Position numbers and translations under genes: made by a program. Below are positions 57,841-64,000 of a stretch of 64,000 nucleotides of DNA, piece after piece. Source of the DNA: Candidatus Fermentithermobacillus carboniphilus (GTDB lineage Bacteria; Bacillota; Sulfobacillia; Fermentithermobacillales; Fermentithermobacillaceae); assembly GCA_018208355.1 (NCBI GenBank), contig CP062796.1:237217-301216 (forward strand), read 5' to 3'. Each line of letters begins with the position of its first letter. The stretch's first letter is position 1. The notes under the pieces are model-generated. The model ran no database searches and was not told where the DNA came from. It saw only the letters and a program-made list of their open reading frames with translations.

Positions 57841-57970
57841 AAGTAACTGCCTGCTTTCTCTAAACTTAATAGCCGCCTTGTGCTGGCGGCTCTTCTTCAC
57901 GATTGCGGTGAGACTAGAACCAACCGACTTATTTGAACGCCGTTGCTAGTCCCGAGTATCGCGGTTTACC

Positions 57971-58048
57971 TGGTGGGCGGTACAGGACTTGAACCTGTGA
58001 ACCTCTTGCATGTCAAGCAAGCGCTCTGACCAACTGAGCTAACCGCCC
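57971..58048 (-). tRNA. tRNA-Val (anticodon GAC)
   Basis: Cloverleaf with acceptor GGGCGGU/ACCGCCC, anticodon loop UUGACAU, T-loop GGUUCAAGUCC, encoded CCA. Confidence 0.85.
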
Positions 58049-58057
58049 ACCCTATCT

Positions 58058-58131
58058 TGGAGGCGACACCCGGAATCGAACCGGGGATAAGGGTTTTGCA
58101 GACCCTCGCCTTACCGCTTGGCCATGTCGCC
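58058..58131 (-). tRNA. tRNA-Cys (anticodon GCA)
   Basis: Acceptor GGCGACA/UGUCGCC, anticodon loop CUGCAAA, T-loop GGUUCGAUUCC, CCA. Confidence 0.85.
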
Positions 58132-58148
58132 ATGCTTTCAGCTTAAAA

Positions 58149-58223
58149 TGGAGCGGAAGACGGGATTTGAACCCGCGACCCTCGCCTTGGCAAGGCGATG
58201 CTCTACCGCTGAGCCACTTCCGC
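58149..58223 (-). tRNA. tRNA-Gly (anticodon GCC)
   Basis: Acceptor GCGGAAG/CUUCCGC, anticodon loop UUGCCAA, T-loop GGUUCAAAUCC, CCA. Confidence 0.85.
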
Positions 58224-58230
58224 TCGCTAA

Positions 58231-58306
<76 letters not shown>

Positions 58307-58333
58307 ATGAAACTTGACGCCAAATTTCCAAGA

Positions 58334-58411
58334 TGGCGGAGGCGACGGGATTCGAACCCGCGATCTCGTGCGTGACAGGCACGTATGTTAGACCAGCTAC
58401 ACCACGCCTCC
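58334..58411 (-). tRNA. tRNA-Asp (anticodon GUC)
   Basis: Acceptor GGAGGCG/CGCCUCC, anticodon loop CUGUCAC, T-loop GGUUCGAAUCC, discriminator G, CCA. Confidence 0.85.
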
Positions 58412-58425
58412 GCACTTTATATGGA

Positions 58426-58500
58426 TGGTGGGCGAAACAGGGATTGAACCTGTGACCCCCTGCGTGTAAGGCAGGTGCTCTCCCGCTGAGCTATTCGCCC
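58426..58500 (-). tRNA. tRNA-Val (anticodon UAC)
   Basis: Acceptor GGGCGAA/UUCGCCC, anticodon loop CUUACAC, T-loop GGUUCAAUCCC, CCA. Confidence 0.85.
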
Positions 58501-58732
58501 GACTACGCGCCACTCCTTTTGGCTGGCGTCGCTTCATAGTATAACGAACCTGAAGACTTTCGTCAAACAGAATTCGCGAAAATCCCGCCCAAAACCAGCG
58601 TGTTTGCCATCTTCGCCGCGTCCTGCTCCCCAAGGCGCACACATCAGGGCTAATCTACATAATATTACAGCGAGAGAGATCGGCACAACTCCCACATTTA
58701 AGGAAAACCAGGCTCCCGTGAGGTGATCTGGC

Positions 58733-59170
58733 GTGCCTCCCTTAGGGAAAAGGCCTATGGCCAGGCAAAATCTGGCACGGTCCGTATCGCGCACCTTGCG
58801 GCCCTTACAGATCCGAGAGTGTCCCACAGGCATCTTCTGGACCGTCAGGCCAGGCGATACATTCTTCAGCATTGCCCAGGCAACCGGCACTACAATCGAA
58901 GCCATAGCTGCCCTCAACCCAGACCTTGATCCGAACCACCTGCAACCCGGAACCAACGTTTGCCTACCTGAAACGGCTGCACTGCCTCGCGGACCGGTAC
59001 CCCCCTGCAAGTCCGGGCTTTATTGGGTAGTTGCCCCGGGCGACACGCTTTACTCAATCGCCCGAGAATATGGCACAACCCTTGAAGACCTCATTGCTGT
59101 GAACCCGGGGATTGACCCTTTCAACCTCCAAATAGGCATGAGCATTTGTCTGCCGGAAAAAAGGCCATGA
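58733..59170 (+). CDS. tandem LysM-domain protein
   Basis: Two LysM repeats (VRPGDTFFSIAQATGTTIEAIAALNP... and VAPGDTLYSIAREYGTTLEDLIAVNP...). GTG after GAGGTGA. Confidence 0.7.
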   Translation: MPPLGKRPMARQNLARSVSRTLRPLQIRECPTGIFWTVRPGDTFFSIAQATGTTIEAIAALNPDLDPNHLQPGTNVCLPETAALPRGPVPPCKSGLYWVVAPGDTLYSIAREYGTTLEDLIAVNPGIDPFNLQIGMSICLPEKRP

Positions 59171-59249
59171 CTCTTTGACCGCTCTGCAGGCGTCCTTGAC
59201 GGTCTGGGAAGGAGCAGCAGGAGCCTGGAGAGAATAAGGAGAAAGAACC

Positions 59250-60935
59250 GTGGTGCAGACAGACTTTTCAAACCGGCGGGTGTTATCCGTGAAAAGGTTC
59301 CGGAACTTGCGACAAGCAATCGCTTCGGTATCACGATTGTTCTGCGTAATCCTGGCGATCATATTTCTCATCACCATCTTTCCACCCGCAATTTTGTTCT
59401 CCCAGGGTGAAGATGCCAACCTGATAAAGCCCACAAACCTCGTGAGGTTAAACTTCGTAGGTGACATACTCCTGGCCAGCCGCGTAGGTGACCTCATCAG
59501 GGCCGAGGGCCCTCTCGCCCCGTGGAAGGGGGTACTGGATGTCCTCAGAGACGCCGACTTTACCATTGGAAACCTGGAGTGCGCGCTTGGAACAACCGGT
59601 ACTCCTGCTCCGGGTAAAGAATATACTTTCAGAGCCGCTCCCGAATCTCTCGCGGGCCTGAAAGAGGCCGGATTTGACCTTGTCTCCTTGGCAAACAACC
59701 ACACCCTGGATTACGGAGTCGAGTGCCTGTTGGAGACGGTGGAAAACGTCAAAAAGTACGGCATTATACCCGTTGGGGCCGGAAAAGACGAGGCCACGGC
59801 AAGGGCACCCGTGATCCTCGAGAAAAACGGGATAAAGATCGGCGTACTGGCGACAACCATGATCGTACCGACCCCCGAATGGGCAGCCAAAGGCGACCGG
59901 CCGGGGCTCGCCGTCGACTACAGTGGCTGGTTTACGAATATAGAGTCGCGCCTGAGAGAGCTATCTACCCAGGCTGATATTTCGGTCGTGCTCATTCACT
60001 GGGGTGAGGAACGAAAAACTACTCCTGAATCCTGGGTTTTAAAAATCGAATCTGCCCTTAGACGCGCCGGAGCAGATATCATAATCGGTACACATCCTCA
60101 CGTTTTGCGAGGCTTTCGGTATGACGGAAAGACTTTGACCGCTCACAGCCTCGGCAACTTCGTTTTTACAACACGACCGGAAATCCCCGCCTGTCAGATC
60201 GGTGCTATCCTCCAGGTCACTGTGTCCAGGGAAAAGGTGGAAAACGTCACTGTAATCCCCACCAAGATAGTCTGGGGAAGGACGGTTCTCATGGAGGGCC
60301 GCGAAAAGGACGAAATCCTGTCCACCCTCTCTTCCCTAACTCGCCCGTTCGGCGCAGACATAGATCCCGCGGGGAACGTTTATGAGATGCTTTTCGACGA
60401 TACGAAAGACCACTGGGCCAGGTTCTACATAGCCCGGCTGGCCAGGAAGGGTATGGTTCAGGGATATGGAGATGGGAAGTTTGGACCTGACCGTAGAGTC
60501 ACCCGAGCCGAGTTCGCCGCTATGTTAGCTCGCGCCCTCGCTCCGGAAGAAGAAATATCACGTTCAAAAGTGCCTGAAGGTTTTTCTCTCTGTCAAGAGA
60601 GCCATTGGGCCTACAAGTACCTATCCTACCTTGTCGCAATAGGAACGCTGCCCCGGGAGAATCCATCCTGGAATCCAGATGAACTATGTTCGCGTGAGGA
60701 AGCGTGCATTCTCATGTGGCGGGCGAAGAGATCTCCTGACCCTCCAGACAGCAGCAAAAAGCCTTTCTCCGACCTGGCGAACCTTGACGCTGAATCTCTC
60801 AATGCGGTCCTGTGGTGTGCTGATTCGGGACTCATTAACGGCTACGAAGACGGCACTTTCCGGCCATCAACGGGAATAACCAGGGCAGAAAGTGCAGCGG
60901 TGATTACTAGGTTTCTCGGGTTATCCGGATTCTAG
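59250..60935 (+). CDS. CapA/PGA_cap-family metallophosphatase-like protein fused to two C-terminal SLH (S-layer homology) domains
   Basis: N-terminal TM, CapA motifs GNLECALGT / ANNHTLDYG / GTHPHVLRG. SLH repeats contain HWARFYIARLARKGMVQGYGDGKFGPDRRVTRAEFAAML and LINGYEDGTFRPSTGITRAESAAVI. Confidence 0.75.
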   Translation: MVQTDFSNRRVLSVKRFRNLRQAIASVSRLFCVILAIIFLITIFPPAILFSQGEDANLIKPTNLVRLNFVGDILLASRVGDLIRAEGPLAPWKGVLDVLRDADFTIGNLECALGTTGTPAPGKEYTFRAAPESLAGLKEAGFDLVSLANNHTLDYGVECLLETVENVKKYGIIPVGAGKDEATARAPVILEKNGIKIGVLATTMIVPTPEWAAKGDRPGLAVDYSGWFTNIESRLRELSTQADISVVLIHWGEERKTTPESWVLKIESALRRAGADIIIGTHPHVLRGFRYDGKTLTAHSLGNFVFTTRPEIPACQIGAILQVTVSREKVENVTVIPTKIVWGRTVLMEGREKDEILSTLSSLTRPFGADIDPAGNVYEMLFDDTKDHWARFYIARLARKGMVQGYGDGKFGPDRRVTRAEFAAMLARALAPEEEISRSKVPEGFSLCQESHWAYKYLSYLVAIGTLPRENPSWNPDELCSREEACILMWRAKRSPDPPDSSKKPFSDLANLDAESLNAVLWCADSGLINGYEDGTFRPSTGITRAESAAVITRFLGLSGF

Positions 60936-60974
60936 CTTCCTAGCCCCGGGAATTCCCTCTCTTTCTAAGTTACT

Positions 60975-62024
60975 TCAGCTCTTCTCAGACCGGATTTTTC
61001 CTAAGGACCAGGAGATGGTCTCAAGAGCAACCACGCTGCCTCCGACGGCAAGAGTGACATAATAGGTGACGACTCTCCAGAGAAACACGAACACACCCAG
61101 CACCCTGGCCGGTAGGAGGCTAGAAAAGAACAGAGCCGAACCTGCCTCGGCACCTCCACTGGCACCCGGGGTCGGGACATATGCCATGACAAGGTAGACG
61201 GTCATGGTAACGGAGAAAACCTGGAGGTAAGGGAGGTCGCTCCCCAATCCCCTGAGAAGGAATACGGGGACCGATACCACCAGCAACCAGTAGGCGAGGC
61301 TCAAGACGGAGGCCAGGAAGGCGTATGCCCCTCTAGCTTTGACCCGCCTTACCCCATCGCGAAAATCTCTGGCACTGATACGGACCTTTTCCAGAACCTT
61401 ATCTACAGCAGTCTGTGGAATGAGCCGCCTGAATACCCTCTGTCTGCAGATGAACGTCGCCACGATCTCGGCGAATTCCGGCCAGATAGTAACCGTGACG
61501 AGCAGCCCAAGGAAGAAGAGATATACGATGACACCTACGGAGAGGGTCCGCCCGACCACGGGATTTAGCTGCCACTTAAGACCCGTGAGCAACATGAGTA
61601 CCGGAACAAATACCCACAGCAGTAGTCTAGACGTCGCGTGGAGGAAGGCGCTCAACGCTACCACTGCCGTGGATTCGCCTATGCTCAATCCTTCCCGATG
61701 CAAGTAATAGACTTTGAGAGGTTCTCCACCTGTGTCAAAAGGCGTAACCCCCGCCATAAACGACCCCATCACGGTTATCTTGAACGCGTCCCAGAAACGT
61801 ATTTTCCGCCCCATCGCAGACGCCAGGACCCGGAGGCGCCATGCGTCTACGAGCCAGCTGGCGACCACAAGCACCAGAGAAAGGGCTAATGTCCTGAAAC
61901 TGACCGCCAGCACATCCGCGAAAACATTCTCAGTCCTCGTATAATGAAAAACCAACAAGAGACAAGAACCGCTCAGGAGGAGAGACACAAGTGCTCCAAA
62001 AAGTATCTTCCGGAAGTTGTTCAC
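60975..62024 (-). CDS. UPF0104 / lysyl-phosphatidylglycerol-synthase-TM-like flippase domain membrane protein
   Basis: 349 aa, ~8 TM helices, family-typical glycine/proline pattern; GTG start. Confidence 0.55.
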   Translation of the reverse strand: MNNFRKILFGALVSLLLSGSCLLLVFHYTRTENVFADVLAVSFRTLALSLVLVVASWLVDAWRLRVLASAMGRKIRFWDAFKITVMGSFMAGVTPFDTGGEPLKVYYLHREGLSIGESTAVVALSAFLHATSRLLLWVFVPVLMLLTGLKWQLNPVVGRTLSVGVIVYLFFLGLLVTVTIWPEFAEIVATFICRQRVFRRLIPQTAVDKVLEKVRISARDFRDGVRRVKARGAYAFLASVLSLAYWLLVVSVPVFLLRGLGSDLPYLQVFSVTMTVYLVMAYVPTPGASGGAEAGSALFFSSLLPARVLGVFVFLWRVVTYYVTLAVGGSVVALETISWSLGKIRSEKS

Positions 62025-62221
62025 GATCTGTCACCGCCCGAGCCTAACACCGGTATCCACCTTCTCTGTCATTTTCTTACCCATCCTAATTCTAACATAC
62101 GAGAAAACCCCCTTCAGGTCTTATAACGGTCCTCGTCATGTCCCCGATCCGGAAAGCATAGATATAGACTGATTCTGGACGTCAAGACGTTTCGTAAAAC
62201 CGAAAAAGAGGGGGAAATTCC

Positions 62222-62599
62222 GTGGAGGAGATCCTGGCGCTACTCATGGAGCAGGAACTAAAAGCGATTGAACAATATAACGAGCTTCTGAAACGCTCTT
62301 CCGGAGCAACTGAGCGGGAGCTTATAGGCCGGATACTCGCACAAAAGAAGTTTGAGGTCGAGACCTTAAAGCTTCTACGGTCGGGAAAAGTACCCGACCG
62401 GTTCCTGGCTTTCGGACAGGTTACAGAGGACGAAGTTAACTTTAGAGATGCACCCAGTCCTTCCGGCGGAATCCTGGCTGTCCTCGGGCGAGGAACTCCG
62501 GTTATACTGACGGAAAAAAGAGGCAACTGGGTCGGAGTTCAGCTTTACGATGGAAAGACCGGGTGGATTTTCAGGGATTACGTGCGCGCGAATGAGTAA
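62222..62599 (+). CDS. small protein with C-terminal bacterial SH3 domain
   Basis: GTG after GAGGGGGA. C-terminal VNFRDAPSPSGGILAVLGRGTPVILTEKRGNWVGVQLYDGKTGWIFRDYV (SH3b-like). Confidence 0.55.
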   Translation: MEEILALLMEQELKAIEQYNELLKRSSGATERELIGRILAQKKFEVETLKLLRSGKVPDRFLAFGQVTEDEVNFRDAPSPSGGILAVLGRGTPVILTEKRGNWVGVQLYDGKTGWIFRDYVRANE

Positions 62600-62735
62600 C
62601 GCAAAAGACGGCGTCCCGCTTGTTCCATCTACGGAGTGCTAAACTCCCAGGCTGTGTGGGTTCGCATCAGTGTCAACTCTCACCTCCTAAACATAACATG
62701 TTAACGGTGGCCAGCTTCTGCAGGAGGTGAAAGAC

Positions 62736-62822
62736 ATGGCGGGAACTACAGGCGCCACGGGCAACTGGATTCTTTGGTTCTTTATAATCATACTTCTTGT
62801 GATTCTCTTAGGGATGGTCTAA
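62736..62822 (+). CDS. candidate 28-aa membrane micropeptide (Gly/Thr-rich N-terminus, YjcZ-like sporulation-peptide style)
   Basis: AGGAGGTGA 5 nt before the ATG; encodes MAGTTGATGNWILWFFIIILLVILLGMV. Confidence 0.35.
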   Translation: MAGTTGATGNWILWFFIIILLVILLGMV

Positions 62823-62911
62823 ACGCACACTACACATAAATGGAAGATCTGATGCCTGATAGAGGTGGTGGAACTCTCTATCAGGCCGAATTGTTATTGT
62901 TAGCCCCCAGA

Positions 62912-63700
62912 CTACAATCCTATGAACATCTGGGTAAACATCATCCCGTAGGGTCCGCCCTTGACAACACCTACGCCTATATGGGTGAAGGTTGGGTTGA
63001 GGATATTCCTCCTGTGCCCTTCGCTGGCCATCAGGGCTTCATGCGCCCTCTCCACTGTGGCCGCCCCCGCAAGATTCTCTCCGGCCGTATGATACTCGAT
63101 GCCAGCTTTCTTCATCATGTCGAAGGGAGAACCGTATGTGGGCGAATTATGGCCGAAATAGCCGTTGGCGATCATGTCCTGACTCTTCTTGCGGGCCAGT
63201 TCCACCAGCCGAAGGTCGACCGAAAGCGGCTTCAGCCCGGCCTTGACCCTCTCTTTGTTGACGAGTTCAATCATGAGTTTTTCTTCCGCAGTGAGGGCGA
63301 CATCACGTTCTGCGCCGGTTTGTGGACCATCTTTCTGGCCAGAGGGAGGCTGCGGGGAGGGCTGGGGTTCCGGTCTCGGCAGAGGTCCGGGTTCGGGGAC
63401 CGGACGAGGCGCTGGCGGCAGTAGAGGCCGAGAGGTCGTGCCGGACGAAGGTTCTACAGCCCCAGGGAAAGGACTCGGGATCCGCAGGATAAGATAGGGT
63501 ACGGTCCCATTGCCGAACGCGTCCCTTAAGATCAGGTCGAGCCCCGGACTACCAGGGGTCGCGAATACGAAGATTTTTTGACCCACCGGACCCGTTAGAA
63601 CGTATCTCTGGTAAGCGGAGGCCAGACTTTGTCCGGGGAAAAACATCCCAAGAGTCAAGGCCACTACCAGCGACACAATCAACTTTGTCTTATACCGCAT
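62912..63700 (-). CDS. secreted CAP/SCP-domain protein (YkwD family) with Pro-rich linker
   Basis: Trimmed to MRYKTKLIVSLVVALTLGMFFPGQSLASA after AAAGGAGGAG. Proline-rich PLLPPAPRPVPEPGPLPRPEPQPSPQPP linker. CAP motifs GYFGHNSPTYG and GHRRNIL. Confidence 0.7.
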   Translation of the reverse strand: MRYKTKLIVSLVVALTLGMFFPGQSLASAYQRYVLTGPVGQKIFVFATPGSPGLDLILRDAFGNGTVPYLILRIPSPFPGAVEPSSGTTSRPLLPPAPRPVPEPGPLPRPEPQPSPQPPSGQKDGPQTGAERDVALTAEEKLMIELVNKERVKAGLKPLSVDLRLVELARKKSQDMIANGYFGHNSPTYGSPFDMMKKAGIEYHTAGENLAGAATVERAHEALMASEGHRRNILNPTFTHIGVGVVKGGPYGMMFTQMFIGL

Positions 63701-64000
63701 ATAACTCCTCCTTTCACGTTGTGCTACTTCACCCATGTGTACCCACATGATACAGCAGCGATCCAGAGTTGCAAAATCCATCTAGCAGCGGAGATACTTA
63801 GATAGAGGTAGGTTGCCGGTATCACTCTCGGCGGGAGCACATCTCCTGCAGGTTAGTGCGGCGGTGGAATGATTTGTAAGGTGGATCGCGAAAAACAGGT
63901 GGAGGCCGGGTCTCGATGAGACTATCGCACCGGCCTCCTGCTCACTAGTTACCCGCGAGGCATGCAGTCATGTTTTACGAACTGCGCGAAAATCCATCCT

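Overview
64-kb window, roughly 85% coding, with most genes on the minus strand. GC is about 55%. SLH domains, SPL-like radical-SAM proteins, a T-box leader and lspA-rluD-pyrE synteny point to a Gram-positive Firmicute (Clostridia-like), probably spore-forming and S-layer-bearing. Housekeeping blocks: panB-M20 peptidase-panF-yhdT, brnQ, an Opp/Dpp-type ABC peptide transporter whose substrate-binding protein is circularly permuted, pyrE-rluD-lspA, hisC, argG-argH, comM-yraN, a Trp T-box plus trpS, and a six-tRNA cluster. Accessory content: an ars-like operon (ArsR, an ArsP-like permease with a CSC motif, a thioredoxin-like protein, a 2x[4Fe-4S] ferredoxin, ACR3); a second PadR-regulated copy of the same permease family split into two coupled genes; a ~5.2-kb mosaic insert bounded by ~585-bp direct repeats (duplicated comM-3'/yraN), containing an AT-rich secreted/membrane gene pair, an IS256 remnant and truncated GT2/GGDEF genes; a MarR plus heterodimeric ABC exporter module; and a ~6-kb island next to the tRNA cluster (TRD-less N6-methyltransferase, zinc-ribbon/Topo-C-repeat protein, CAP-domain and other secreted proteins). 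No CRISPR array and no rRNA were seen. Many long ORFs in the supplied track carry spurious N-terminal extensions; starts were re-picked using RBS and operon coupling.
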